58,395 bases of DNA from Octopus bimaculoides (taxonomy: Eukaryota): positions 87,503,414 through 87,561,808 of the forward strand of contig NC_068982.1 in assembly GCF_001194135.2 (NCBI RefSeq). The letters run 5' to 3'. The position numbers and the translations under genes are program-made. Below, one piece after another: positions 24,013 to 38,629 of this stretch. The notes beneath the pieces are model-generated. The model was not told the origin of the DNA. It saw only the letters and a program-made list of their open reading frames with translations, and did not search any database. Positions within the stretch are counted from its first letter, which is position 1; each line of letters starts with the position of its first letter.

Positions 24013-26879
24013 CAGCTTTACAAATACACACACATATGTGTATGTGTCAAGCTTATGATCATGAGGCCTTGAGTTCAATTCCTGGACTAGGCTGTGTGTT
24101 GTGTTCTTGAGCAACATGCTTTCACATTGCTCCACACACACACATGCACATCTATACTGTAAAAACCCATGTAGTTTATGCAGGTGATTTTTCAGGATAA
24201 AACTTGTTAAAAAAAGGCTTCTACTTATGCAAAATTCGCACCTAAAAGTTTTGAGAATGGCCAATATAGCCAGGGCAAAAAGGTTTTCAGTTTAGTTGTA
24301 TTTAGCATTAATTTCACTTACTTCTGATTAGATTTTATTAAATTTTCACTAAATAAAAATAATTTCTGTTTAACAAGTATCACATTGAAAGCTATTAAAT
24401 TACAAAGTGTTTGTGTTGTTTATAATAAACTTTATTTTACATTTCATGCCCACAAGAGATTATGTCCAATTTTTAGTATATTGCTGTATGTCTTCTCAAA
24501 TCACAATCACATGAAAAGATGTTGAGAATTACCAACAAAAGCAAAGGTGATGAATATGCACAGGTGTTTCAAATTAAGTTTAATTACCAATAAACATCAG
24601 CTTGGATGACACTTTACTCAACTGATAGAGGAAGGTGACAGATCAAGCTGAATATGTAAACAGAATTCTTTTCTGCCTATTCTTTTCGGAACCTTTGATA
24701 TGGAGTATTGAAATTTTAATCCCTTTCACACTTATAAAATGTCAAGCGAACTTAAAGATATGTCATTACCATCATTGTCAGTTGGGTAGAACTTATGAAT
24801 CATTTACTGCAAAGGAGAAATTAAATATGTGCTCCATTGCAATAGGTAGAAATTCCAAGCAATGTAAAATATGGCCCAGACTGTGTTTACCAGCATGAAT
24901 GTCAGACTTCAAAAACTAGTTAACCATTTAGTGGTTTTAGTAAATTCATACAGAAAAAGTAAGCATTATACCGTCCAGCATAAATAAAAGTCAACTTTAT
25001 TATGTGTATTTAAGCCATTATTTTTTCTGTAAAAACTTATTCTGACATTAAATGAATCAGAATAGGTTTGAATGTTTACGTTTTATATGTCTTTCTTCAA
25101 CAAAGAAAATTTCAAAACAAATTCTGGAAACAATCTACTGATGTAATTTACACACCCACTAAAGTTTATTTTTACTTTTGCGAAAAAAGTGTGTAAATTA
25201 CATGGGTTTTTACGGTATACATATATTTGTATATTTGAACAGTTTTACACCAGTTTTTCCATGTTAGCATGGATTAAATGAAATTTGCCAAGGCTGATTA
25301 TCTATATCTCTATGTTCTTCTTGAAACCTACCCATAACCTGTTTTCGAAGGAAATATTTTGTATAGGCTACTGGTCCTCATACAATGAAAGCTGAAACTA
25401 TCCAACTTTTACTTGCTGGACAATGTAAACAAAGTCACTGATTTTTCCCTTAGTGTAGAGAAAGACAAGTGGAATTACATTCATCAGTGCATGCACACGA
25501 ACACACACACATACAAACATGGCACATACATGTTAATAAAGTTTTGAATTCAACATAGACAAAGCTAATTTAATGTGAAAGAAAAAATGAAGGGAAGTTG
25601 AGATTAAAACCAACGTTTTTTTTAGTAAAAGTACCCTGTTACATTGGCTAATTATGTTATCAGTAGCCTTTAAAACTATTAAGACAACGTGTGATAATTT
25701 GTGCTTGAAAATATGAGGGAATACAGTAAAGCCTTTATGCAACACACAATAGACAGAGTGTATGAATGACTAAACATTATACAAAAATATGTTTAAATGA
25801 AATGTATTGTAGGACAACTAATGTTTGAACTGCAATTTACATGTTTACATGGTGTGGTTAGAAAGTAAATATGAAAAGGACATTTAGTCCTGTTGAAAAA
25901 GAAGCCTGAAATTATAGTTTCAAAATAACCAGAGAAGTGCAAAGAAGATTATATAACAATATATAAGGAAAATTACATTAGATAACAATCTAGAATGAGG
26001 CCAGATGTAGCTTTACACAGGTATTTTTAGATATATAGCACGTTCGATGACAAGCTAAGTAATTATCTCCTTACACTCATTGCTAAGATATGAATGATTT
26101 TTCTTGGTTACTGACACTCTAATAGTGTGCCTAAGAGAGTATGCATAGTTCTGAGTGCAACATTGCTGAATGAGACCCAATCAGTTCTTAAACCCATATT
26201 TTAGAGTGAGGCCTAATATGTATTCTTATGTATTAAGGTCTTTATTTTAATTTTTTTTCCCATTGAACCTCTCTCTACCACCTTCAAATAAATTCTTACA
26301 CAGAGTAAGATAGTCTAAAACAAAAGAAAAGATCATTTCTATAATTTGATCTAATGATGAAAATTTATAATTACTGAAGTAATTACAGCACAGAAGACAT
26401 AGCCATTCAAAAACTCACAAAGGTTATTAACTTCACTCAAACATTTGTTATTTGTTATCAAAATGTTCATCGCACTAATTGGAACCTGGTCACTGACACA
26501 ATTCCATTGTAGTAGAATTATGTCAGTGATCAGGTCACAGTTAGTGTGACAAAAATTTCAACACCAAATAATAAATGTTTATGTGAAGTTAACAGTTTTA
26601 TTTGTGTTTTTGAATGGCTAGTATCTTCTATACTGCAACTGTTTTAGTTTCAACACAAGTTCTTAGACCAAATCACTTGCCAGACAAGTACAATTCTGAA
26701 ATTAACGCTGAATCTATCTATAAATATAAGTGTTTGATTAGTAATGCATCTGAGGTGTCTTACACACAATTCTGTTATTTTTCTATTCAGATTATACTGA
26801 TCTCTCCACTATTTTCTAACCCACCACCGATAGGAGTAGTCTATGTACCAGCTTTAAACTTTATTGCCTCCATGACAAG

Positions 26880-27600
26880 AGACCATTTCTAATGGAGACA
26901 TAACAGATCTAGTCTTCTTTAACACCACAAACACACAATCACTGCACATATCAAAGAAGCAACCTGTAACCTCACCTTCCCTATCTGGTCTTGGATAACA
27001 TAAAATTAAAAAAACCTTCTAAGTCATTACAAGCATTAGGCATTGTAATCACTGAAGATCTGTCATGGCAATCTCATTCACTGAAGATCTCTCATGGCAA
27101 TCTCATTCACTGAAGATCTCTCATGGCAATCTCATTCACTGAAGATCTCTCATGGCAATCTCATTCACAAACAAGTAAAATCTTCATCCAAAAGATTACC
27201 CTTCCTCTTCAGAGCCAGAAAATTCCTCAACTCTGAGCAGTTGCTGATTCTCTTCAAAGCTCAAACAAGATCCATAATTGATTACACTTAGACACATAAA
27301 CATCCTAGACCATATCCAGCTGATTGTCCAACTTGTAGCTCACAGATGCATTGTATCCTCAGCCTTTTTTTTTTTATACCATTGTCACAATAGTTTCCGT
27401 TTTTCAGAATTAGTACTTACATTCTCAACCCCACTTGACATACCCATCCCTTATTTTTTCTTGCCCATTTTGTATCTTTTCATCTAGGTTCTACAGTAAC
27501 TTTTATATCCAGTCCTTCTTCCCCAGAATGTCAAGCCTCTGGAACTGCTTCCTACCAATGTTGACTTTTAGCTGAATATCAACTACATTGATGTCAGGAA
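26880..27600 (+). mobile_element. CR1/Jockey-like LINE 3' relic
   Basis: LGIVITEDLSWQSH..QVKSSSKRL.FLFRARKFLNSEQLLILFKAQTRSIIDY is a typical post-RT region. Boundaries are approximate. Confidence 0.7.
27049..27168 (+). repeat. Tandem repeat, 29-bp unit x ~4.1
   Basis: tcactgaagatct(g/c)tcatggcaatctcat with period 29 (actgaag at 27051, 27080, 27109, 27138) and no spacers. Confidence 0.95.
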
Positions 27601-27912
27601 TTGTGTCAATGACCTGTACAGGTCATAGACACAGTTCTTTTTCTCCAGACTAAAACCATAAAGAAAAAAATACTGCTTTATACATCATTCACATCATATC
27701 TACAATTCTTAAATACTGAACAAGAAAGCTTTTCTGTGAATGCTGGTCTCCGGACATTACATACACAATGCCCATGTTATGAATTATATAATGCACACCC
27801 AATTGTTTATTTTAACCTAGTAAATTCAGCATGGTGTAGTTAAGGGGAACACCCTGATTTCCATAAAACAAGTGGAACAAAGAAAATCATGACTGATGAC
27901 ATTTAATATATA

Positions 27913-29177
27913 TTAGGTTGTCTGGAAAGTTCTGAGTGCTTTTAAGCTAAATCTTTTAATGCTTCATTAAACACACCTGAAACGTAATACAGTTAAAACT
28001 TTGGCATTGCTTGAAGTGGCTGTGCATCTCTTCTTTATTCCTGACTAAAAATAGATTTATCTTTCATTCCAGTCACCCTTTATTGACATTTGAAATGGAT
28101 AACCAAAAATTTTATATTTGCATTGTAATGCTTTTTTTTTTTTTAAAAAAGAAAATGTTGCAAAGACTTGCAAAACCATTTGTGAAGTTTATGGTGATGA
28201 TGTTGTAGGTGAATTAACTGTTTGAAGGTGGTTTGCAAAATTTAAAAATGGAGAGTTTAGCTTCGAAGATGACAGTCACGGTAGAAGACCTTCAAAATTG
28301 GATGAAGATGTTTCGAAGGCAAAAACGGAACAAAATTCAAATATCACAACTAGAGAACATGCAGAGCAGTTGCAAGTTTCTAAAAGTATGGCTCATGAAC
28401 ATCTAGTGAAGCTAGGATACATTTCTCACAAACTCTCAGAAAAGAATTGCTTGGACTAGTGTTCTGCTTGTGATATGGTTTTGAAATGGAATGAGAACAT
28501 GCATTTTTTTAAACAGCTTGTAACTGGAAACAAAAAATTGATTGTTGTATGAAAACATATTGTGAAAAAGATTTTGGAGTTTGCACAAGGATCCCCCAAA
28601 ACAGCAACCAAAGATGAACATCCATGCTAAAAAAGTTATGCTTTGTGTTTGATGGGATCATAAAGGCATTATTTATTATGAGCTTCTCCCACAAAATCAG
28701 ACCATTAATTCTGAAGTATACTGTCATCAGCTGGCTAATTTGAACCAAAAAAACATCAAAGAATTAAGGTTGGAGACTGCTAACAAGAAAGGGGTAGTGT
28801 TCCAACAAGACAATGCCTGACCACGTGTCTTTGGCTATCCAAACAAAATTACATGAACTTAGTTGGGAGCTCTTACTACATCCACCATATTCTCCTGATA
28901 TTGCATCATCCAACTACCACTTGTTTTAGTCTACAGAACTCATTGCAAAGAAAAACATTTAACGATTTAGATGGAGTCAAAATGCATCTAGATAATTTTT
29001 TTCTCTTCAAAACCAGTCAAATTTTATGCTGATGAAATATTTAAATTGCCTGATTGATAGGCAAAAGTCATTAATAATAATGGAAATTATTTCACTGAAT
29101 AAAATTTATTGAAAGGTCAATTATTCATATCCGTTTTGCATATTAAAAAAATGCTCAGAACTTTCTGGATAACCTAA
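27913..29177 (+). mobile_element. Full-length decayed mariner transposon
   Basis: TA|ttaggttgtctggaaagttctgag ... ctcagaactttctggataacctaa|TA; 1265 bp. Fragments ICEVYG..RWFAKFKNG, KKVMLCV*WDHKGII, FQQDNA*P and HPPYSPDIASSNYHLF. Confidence 0.92.
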
Positions 29178-30971
29178 TAGAAAGCAATTTTTCTTTACAC
29201 AGGCAAGCAGTGATAACATGTGCATGCAAATGAAACAAAAGAAAATAAAAAAGGAAACCTAGATTTCCTTCTGATAACGAAGTGGTTAGAGGCAGAGATT
29301 CAAAGTACATACCCGATGGAAACTTAAATAGCGGACATAATGTTTCCAAAAATAGTTTATCTGAAAACAAAAGAGATATTTCTAATATCTATTTAATACA
29401 AGCATTAAACAGCATTCTAACATTCCAGATTCTAAACAGCTTTAATCAATCTAGATTGTCCCTATTCACTTTACAGTAGAAAAAGAGAAAGGAGTTATGC
29501 TACACCTGCCACAACCAAAGGCATTAGTAAAGTAAGTAAAAAGAAACAGTCACAACTAGAAACTGAAACAAGGTCATCAACTTAGCATGTTCAAATATTG
29601 ATGGTCAATTATAGAAACCTAGAGGTTTTTCTGAGTATTGATTTAGAATTAAAGTGAACCTTTAAATGGCAATCTAAGCAAATCAGTATGAAAATGTAAA
29701 AGATCTTGTGTTTGAAAGGTGACAGCCAAAGTTGTCCCCAGAAGAATTTGAGCCTAGAATGTAGAGCTAAAAAACAAATATGTTAAGACATTTAGTCCAC
29801 CTACCCTCTACCCTACTATAAAACTTATTAACTCTGGACATCACATTACCACTGAATGAGAATCATTACTTAATGAATAAATCTATTTTTGTATCTATGT
29901 AATTGTTCTTGCACAAATATTTGTACTCTTAATATAATTCTCAAGCAGAATCAGCATGTCCACAGTGTGTGATAAGGCTAACTTTTTGAATTACATGTAC
30001 AATCAACTTATTAGGTTTCTATACAGTTTCTGTCTACCCAATTTCATTCACAAGATAAGAGTCAACTGGAGGCTATAGAAAAGACATTTTCCCAAGATGT
30101 AGTGGGATCAAACCCAGGACCTCATAGTTGTAAGAATTTCTTATCCATTTGGCCACACTACACCTACACTCCAGATCACATTAAAGCAATGTTAAAGCCA
30201 AAGTTATTTATTGTCTTATTTCCAAAACCTTATAAACTCCCCACACGCAGTATGCTTAAAGATGTGTTTTCATTACATGATAATCTTAAGCAAATCAATA
30301 TTCAACTGTAAAGTAACAATGAATTTTCAATATGCTCATGGGCAGAGTTAGCAGAGAAATCTTGGTTTTTCATTGAACTGCATTATCTCTGCTTCCCAAT
30401 GCTTTCATATTTCAAGAGCAAAATAACTCAGTATATTGAAAGAATGTTCTCATAAAAAGATCTCAGATTTAATTTGTATTCAGTACAGCTGTTTATTTTT
30501 ATGTAACACTTCAGATGAGGAGATGAGCAATTAGTATTTAGGGCCCTGAGGAGAACTAGAACTAAACAATATAATCCTTTCTCTTACAATAGACTGACCT
30601 TACTGTATCAGGCACTCTTTATTGCTTTGCTCCATAATTTCAGGGAGTTTCTAGAGAAACTAAATTTACATACAACATTGCAGTTGAGAGGATGTTGTTG
30701 TTTAGCCCCAGGCTAGTCTTAAGTAGATCTATGATCATAGGTGCTCCAAATGATGTCATCTTTTCTTTTTCTAACATAATGTATCTAAAGCTGTATCTTT
30801 CAATGTGTCCTCTCCTTTTAAGGGTGGCAGGGTGTGATTAGAAGGAAATTTGGTTGTTATTTCTAAAAAGTCAAACAACTATGCAGGGAAACAACATTTG
30901 ATAAAAAATTTTCTAGAAATATATAACCAGGTTATCTAGTGGAATATTTCTAAATTCTCCAGGTTATGGGA

Positions 30972-31007
<36 letters not shown>

Positions 31008-31461
31008 GACAAAAATAATAATGATATACTAACAGCTTTATCATTTCCTCTTCTGATGACTCCATATGCTTTTCTTTGCTTGGTTAGGTTGGACAGCACT
31101 GCAAATGATGTGGAAATAATTACCTTCTATTTTGATATAGAAACTAAGATACTAAGAATAAACTCCCCCAATAGTGATTTTATAATTTTGTCGGCACCTT
31201 TTGAACTCCTGAACAGCAGGATGTTAAACAACCAACTGACAAACTATGTTTGAAGTTTCAGAAAGCACAGTTATATTTTTAGCAGCAACTTTTATCATCA
31301 CATGCAAAATGTTGATGATCAAAAATAGAAACCTAATGGTTTTTCTTGTTTTAAATATAGAATCAGTGCTGGGGAAAGAAACAATTCATGAGAACCCTAG
31401 CTATGCTTTACTACAACAAAGTTAAGAGCATACTAGTTTCAGAGACTTCTATGGATTCATT

Positions 31462-31466
<5 letters not shown>

Positions 31467-31539
<73 letters not shown>
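31467..31539. repeat. (TA)n microsatellite (others at ~2170-2520, 9439-9476, 23410-23436, 56200-56230)
   Basis: Direct reading. Confidence 0.95.
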
Positions 31540-31543
<4 letters not shown>

Positions 31544-31809
31544 TATCATCATAATCATCTTTATTTTGAACATGTCTTGTTATAAAGTAACTGTTGCCTT
31601 ATTTATAACTTTGAGAAGAATTTAATATACTGCTTGAGAGGAGTTTTATATACTACATAGTAAGAAAACACAAAGACATGTATATGTACACTTACGTTCA
31701 CAAAGAAGCAGCTTAAACAGATTAGAGAAACAAGTATTCTTGTGGTAAATCATACTTTTAATGTCTAATAATTACTGAGAATTATTTCTATCATCAATAC
31801 ACACACACA

Positions 31810-31900
31810 TATGTATGTATGTAAGTATGTATGTATGCATGCAAGTATGTATGTTAAGTATGTATGTATGTATGTATGTATGTATGTATGTATGTATCTA
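31810..31900. repeat. (TATG)n microsatellite
   Basis: Direct reading. Confidence 0.9.
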
Positions 31901-32944
31901 TTTATCTGTCTATATCTATATATCTATATATATGAACAATTCATTGTAGTTATGATATACTGACAATAAATAACATTGTAGAAGCACGATTTTAAGAATG
32001 TTATGTACACACATAGATACCTAATAACTATCAGACATGCACAGATACAGAAGATAACTAATAACAAGATAAAAATTTTGATAAAATGAAGAAATATCTC
32101 ACCTTCATTTGCATTCTATTTGGGCACTTATAACTATTATAGCTAAAATTAAAATGGAAAAAAAGAGCTAAAATAATAGGGCTCCTATCAAAAGAATAAA
32201 ATAAACTAAATTTTACTCTCCATCAACGAATATATTCCAAACTGTTGATTTGACCATTTTCTTTGTTCTTTTTCTCTTTTCTTATCACTGTTGTTGCCTA
32301 CAAGAAGAACAGATTCTCACAGTAGAGACCTTGTCAACACTTCTCTAGCTAACAGTAAAAACAAAACGGTACTGTGATACAACTAACATGAAGACTAGTT
32401 TTAAGAGACAACAGCAATACTGAAGTTCATGGGGGGAAACAAAACAAAACAAAATGTAAGCAGTTCTAAGAATATTACTAATAAAATAACTAAATTAACA
32501 GTAACATGTAAAGGAAGAGGTATCTAGTGTCAATTTACTCATAAACTAAAGAAGCAACAGATATTTTACTAGAGAGAGGGGGAGAAGGAAGGAGAGAGAA
32601 AAGCAAGAGAGAGAGAGAGAAGAAAGAAAGAATGAATTATAAGCAGAACAATCACTGCCACAACAGCAACAACAACATGATCAAAACTTCATGACAAGTA
32701 AGAAGACCATTGCCAATAGAAATTTGAAGGTAGATAAATGTTAGTGCTAGCAGGAAAATAACACCTGGATTATTATTGTTGTATAGAGATCTTGTATACA
32801 GCTGCTGAGAAGGAACGACAAGAATAAATGAACAAAAATAACAATAAAATAAACAAGTATTGAATCTGAAAGAAATTTTTTTTCCCATTCTAAATGAATT
32901 TCATTAACAAGATGAGTGAAAATTGAAAATGTAAGTGCTATTAA

Positions 32945-33983
32945 TAAAGAATATTTACCCCTTCAGGTAGATGGCCCTGCTCAGTATGTAGAAAAGGAGT
33001 AGGTAGTAACTCTATAAGATGTACCCGGTGCAAGCTATGGACACATAAGAGGTGCAGCAACATCAAAGGCAGGTTAACTAGCAAGTTAGTTTTTGTTTGT
33101 GGCAGATGTTCAGGTGCAATAAAGACTGCAAACAAACAGGAAACAACTTCTATCTCATTCCAGGGTGAAAAACTAGAGGTAGTCGATAGCTTCCGCTATC
33201 TGGGCGACCAAGTTAGTAGTGGGGGTGGGTGCGCTGAAAGTGTAGCTGCTAGAATAAGAATAGCCTGGGCAAAGTTTAGAGAGCTCTTACCCCTGCTGGC
33301 GACAAAGGGACTCTCACTCAGAGTANNNNNNNNNNNNNNNNNNNNNNNNNNNNNNNNNNNNNNNNNNNNNNNNNNNNNNNNNNNNNNNNNNNNNNNNNNN
33401 NNNNNNNNNNNNNNNNNNNNNNNNNNNNNNNNNNNNNNNNNNNNNNNNNNNNNNNNNNNNNNNNNNNNNNNNNNNNNNNNNNNNNNNNNNNNNNNNNNNN
33501 NNNNNNNNNNNNNNNNNNNNNNNNNNNNNNNNNNNNNNNNNNNNNNNNNNNNNNNNNNNNNNNNNNNNNNNNNNNNNNNNNNNNNNNNNNNNNNNNNNNN
33601 NNNNNNNNNNNNNNNNNNNNNNNNNNNNNNNNNNNNNNNNNNNNNNNNNNNNNNNNNNNNNNNNNNNNNNNNNNNNNNNNNNNNNNNNNNNNNNNNNNNN
33701 NNNNNNNNNNNNNNNNNNNNNNNNNNNNNNNNNNNNNNNNNNTGCGGGTGGCACATAAAAGACACCATTTCGAGCGTGGCCGTTTTCGTGCGGGTGACAC
33801 GTAAAAGCACCCACTACACTCTGAGTGGTTGGCGTTAGGAAGGGCATCCAGCTGTAGAAACTCTGCCAAATCAGACTGGAGCCTGGTGTTGCCATCCGGT
33901 TTCACCAGTCCTCAGTCAAATCGTCCAACCCATGCTAGCATGGAAAGCGGACGTTAAACGATGATGATGATGATGATGATGAT
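32945..33983 (+). mobile_element. RTE LINE 3' fragment spanning a gap
   Basis: FQGEKLEVVDSFRYLGDQVSSGGGCAESVAARIRIAWAKFRELLPLL before the gap and the tail with (GAT)n after it. Near-identical to 200-380 and 1235-1396. Confidence 0.85.
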
Positions 33984-34856
33984 TTAGCTTGATCTACCTG
34001 TAAGACAGCCAATTTTAAGCTGGTTTAAAACTATTGATTTTTTTTCTTTTATAAAAGTTAGTCAGTGAAAATGAGAAGGTGCCCATAACTTTTTTAACCT
34101 TTGGCATTTAAACTGACCATATCTGACCCAAATATTTTATCTGTTTTTCATTCAAACTGGCCAGATCTGGCCTCTTACACCTATACTTCAATGTCATTTT
34201 AAAAGTAAACAATCACACCATCAAAATCATGAAGCTAAGAGATAATGCATGATAAATTCGAAACAATGTGAATAAATAAGTATTACATTTGATAGAGTAA
34301 TCTCAATGTTAAAGGGTTAAGAACTCTTGGACTAAATTAATTGATGCAGCTAATGTCTTTCTTGAATATTTAAAGAAAGATAATGTAAGCAGGAAGGAAC
34401 AAGAAATCTGATCTAAATGATGTAACAGTGATGGACTCTACAAAATGTATCTAATGACCTGGTGGTAGCATTAAATCAACCAACATATTAGGACTACTAC
34501 TAAACCGATAGGTAGATTGAGAGAGTCAGGTGCCACCTCTCACTTTATAGCATGATAAACAACCAAAATTTTTTTTAATATAATGAACTGTAATTCAAGT
34601 TAAAAGGAAGTTAAAGGAGGAAATTAATAGATGTTATCGCCTGGAATTGGATTTTGTCAAGCCATCCAACCCATGCCAAAAAGCAATGTGGAACATTTTA
34701 TGATGATGGTGATTTCTAGTAACCTGCCTGGTATTTGAACTTTGAGATAGAATAGCTATTAGATATATATATAGACATATAGTGTTGACTTTGATTAAGA
34801 TAGAAAAGATGGAAAACTCAAGGTGGGGTTGTATTAAAAATAATATTATCTCTTTA

Positions 34857-35850
34857 GTTAAGGTGGTGGGCTGACAGAATCATTAGCACACCCGGCAAGA
34901 TGCTTAGTGGCATTTTGTCTGTCTCAGCATTCTGAGTTCAAATTTGACCAAAGTTGACCTAGCCTTTCATCCTTTAAGGGTCAATAATATAAATACCAAT
35001 TCAACTTGGCCCCTCTCCCAAAACTGCTGGCCTTGTGCCAAAGTTTGAAATCAATATTTTCTCAGCATCTATAACTTGTTGGACATAGCTGTATGATTGC
35101 TAGAGGTTGCTGAAGGAGACTGTGACCATGAATTGTGAACCTTAAACATTTAGGCAGTATTTTACCAATACCGGAAGGTGGCGAACTAGCAGAAACGTTA
35201 GCACGCTGGGTGAAATGCTTAGCGGTATTTTGTCTGTCTTTACATTCTGAGTTCAAATTTTGCTGAGGTTGACTTTGCTTTTCATCCTTTCGGGGTCGAT
35301 AAATTAAATACCAGCCAATATCACCTGACTGGCCTTCGTGCGGGTGACACGTAAAAGCACCTACTACACTCTCGGAGTGGTTGGTGTTAGGAAGGGCATC
35401 CAGCTGTAGAAACTGTCAAATCAGATTGGAGCCCGGTGCAACCTTCGGGCTCCACGAGTCCTCAGTCAAATCGCACAACCCATGCTAGCATGGAAAGCGG
35501 ACGTTAAACGATGATGATGATGATGATGATGATGATGTGTACTGGGGTTGATCTAATCGACTGGTCCCCATCCCAAAATTTTTGGGCCTTGTGCCTAGAG
35601 TACAAAAGAATACTGGAATGCCACATAATTTATAGAGAGCTTTCATTACTTTGTAAATTTAAGGCAGCGAGCTGGTAGAATTGTTACTATGGTGGACAAA
35701 ATGTTTAGCAGCCATTTCTTTTGGTTCTTTAGATTCTGAATTTAAGTGCTACTAAGGTTGATTTAGCCTATAATCTTTTTGAGGTCTATAAAATAAAGTA
35801 CCATTAAAGTACACTAAAATTGTTGGCCTTGTGCTACCATAATTTGAAAT
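34857..35850 (+). mobile_element. Cluster of three family B SINEs; the middle one is interrupted by an RTE tail (35320-35536)
   Basis: Heads at ~34857, ~35174 and ~35662. The middle copy breaks after ataccag and resumes at tgtactggggttgatctaatcga. Confidence 0.8.
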
Positions 35851-38265
35851 AATTATTTAGTAAATTTCTGTTGTGGTTAGCAGTAGGAGGACAGAGGCCT
35901 TGGCAAAGATGTTTTAGTATAAATATATATATATAACAAGTTTAATATATTACTTGTGAATTATTGCTTTACTCATGCTAGCAAGATACGTGGTACAAAT
36001 GAGTGTTTTAATGTCTGCATGTATAAAGTGAAAAGTTTAGGGAAGGAAGTAAACAAATATTAATAAATGAAAGAGCAATAGAATAAGGTTAAAACAAATC
36101 CCACAGGATCCAACAATTACTACTGAAACACTTTAGATTCAGACTCACACACAGACAGAGAAACCCCTAAACATATTTCTTACTGAAGTGTTATAGAGAT
36201 ATGGGTATATTTTATAATAATAAAATTCAGATAATTTTTATTGCTTTTTAATTACAATTTTCAAAATGTAATTTAAATGACTTGCGCATGAAAGATAAAA
36301 GACTTATGCTAAATTGTAAAATTATAATATAGATGACAAATGCATGTTCCAATAACTTTAAAATATTTTCAATATCTTATCTCTGTTGCTTTCTCTGTAT
36401 GTGTATATATGTTTATGTGAATAAGTGTGTGTGTGTGTGTGCATATTTGTGCATGAATATTCTAACAAATACAAAAAGTATTAAGCACCAGAAAAAATTG
36501 AATGGAGCACAACTAGTGTGTTGTTAATCAGCACAACAACTAGTGTGTATTGAACATGACTTCATATTCAATACTTCAACTCTTACTAAAGTTATTGTGT
36601 TGTAACCTTCAGGCATCTAACATTGCTTAACTATGAACTAAAAGAAATGAAAATTCAATTTTTACTTCACAGCTGAAATATTTGCAATAGGAAACACTAT
36701 ATAATGCAAACAGAAAAACAAATGCTTCCTGGGAAATACGAAAAAAAAAAAAAAAGGAAGTAAAACAGAGAATATATAGATGATACAACTTTGGTTCATT
36801 AATTTAGTTGCTCTAGGAAAATCTCCCTTTTGCACATATAACATAAAAATTGCTGAATCTGAAAACAAGTGTGGCAAATATTTCCACAGAAAAAACACCC
36901 TAACCAACTAAACAGAAAAAATACAAGAATCAATATAACTATATCATTTTCTGTGTAATTATCAATCATACATATGTGTAGATATGTATGGCTATACTAA
37001 AGGCAGTCTTTCTCTCATTACTTTTCATACCTATTCCCTTTCTCTTAACACCTCTTTTATCCATGAATAAATTATAAATTGACTTCCTTCTTCTCAGTGA
37101 TACTGCACTCATTCACTAAACCATTCTTATTTGTATTTTTCTTCATAAATTTATGTTGATTACCCATTCCTTACTCTCATATAATATAGTGCTTCTTACA
37201 TGTGCAGTATAATTTTTCCCCTTTACTGTTAGCAATACCCTACTTATTATGGCATCATTCAGTTTCAAGAAAATATCTGCCATGCACTTCTCTCTCTTGC
37301 CATCATCACCTACTCCAAACTATTTTTCTCCATTTAACATCTAGATAACAAATGTTTTCACAGCTTCTAATCATCATGCTATTTTCAAGATCCAGTGCAA
37401 CATTTCTCCATTTACAGCTTCTTCCAGACACACCTTACATTTAAGTACAGCTGCCACATTAGGTAATAACATGATTAATAAATTAATTTCACAGTCTCTT
37501 TTGTGCAGTGGTATCACTGCCATTTGGTTAAAATACCTGGTAGTAAAGATCTGGCAAGTAAGAGAGCGTATGGCTTATTTTTGTATATAAATGTTTTTAG
37601 CCTTAGTATAAAATAATTTTGGAGTTATAATCCCAAGAGAGGATACAGGTTTAATCTAGTAAAGTCAGTCTAAGGGTATATTCCTGTTTCTGATTGCTGC
37701 ATGAGAAACAAGTTGCCAAACCTGTATGTTGTGGTTGCTGTTTAGGCCTAGGTCAGCTCTGTCCTGTCACCTTTTTTTTTATTCAGGTACTGTACATCTT
37801 GAAGCATTTTAAAGTCTTATGCACCTTGAATATATTATCTAATGGACCTGTCCTTTTATTTTAGATGGTAGTGTATCATTTGGTGGAGATTTGGTTGCTA
37901 TTTCTAAAAGGCAGAATGATGTCATATACATAATCTTCTGTGTTGGTTATTCATAACTGTATATATTTCCCAGGGGTCATAACTCTCAGCGAACATTTAA
38001 AAGCTAAATATATTTTGCTTTTCTTTTTCTAACAGTGGAAATAGCTTCTTTCAAATACAATAAAGAATAATTGTTAAAATTCTGTTAATCAGCTGAATAT
38101 TATAACATTTTAAATCTGCGTATAGTATTATAGGATTGTATAAATAGTTATCACTGAAAGTAAGTAGTGAAGGAAATTGCAATGATTTGGATGAAAAAGG
38201 AATATGAGTGCTTTTAATGAAAGCTATGGGTCAACTGGTGTGGAAGCAAAGTGTATGTTTCTTAC

Positions 38266-38294
38266 CAGATTGATTCTTGGGAAAACATTATTAT
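38266..38294 (-). other. Candidate 29-nt micro-exon of the NT5C3 gene
   Basis: ctgctttttattctcttAG|ATAATAATGTTTTCCCAAGAATCAATCTG|GTAAGA. Strong splice signals only; no homology support. Confidence 0.4.
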
Positions 38295-38629
38295 CTAAGA
38301 GAATAAAAAGCAGTCAATATAAATGTTGGAACAAAAGTAATATCAAAGACAGGTTTGCTGCAAATTATAGAAATGATGTTGGCTTAAAAATTATAGAAAA
38401 CTTATCTTGTTTGCTATCCCACTTTCTACGTTTGGATCCTGTTCAAAAAGGAATTCTATCATAAAGTTTGCCCGTTCCATGTTCATTTCTGTACAAACTG
38501 CAAATTCATGCAGGCAGAAGTTTAATCTTATCTTTTGCTTGTTTCAGTCATACTTGATAGATTTTAGTTGCACAAATCAATACCAATATTTATTTCTTAA
38601 GTCTGGTACATATTCTATTATTCTTTATT

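Noticed and set aside
27049-27168. CRISPR-like 29-bp repeats
   Set aside because: The units are contiguous with no spacers, there are no cas genes, and the context is a eukaryotic LINE.
30600-30655. Possible exon reading KLPEIMEQSNKECLI with AG/GTAAGG
   Set aside because: It does not preserve frame with the neighbouring candidates, and the LPE resemblance is probably chance.
30966-31253. Poly-His ORF
   Set aside because: The His run comes from a (CAT)n microsatellite and the rest has no recognisable protein features.
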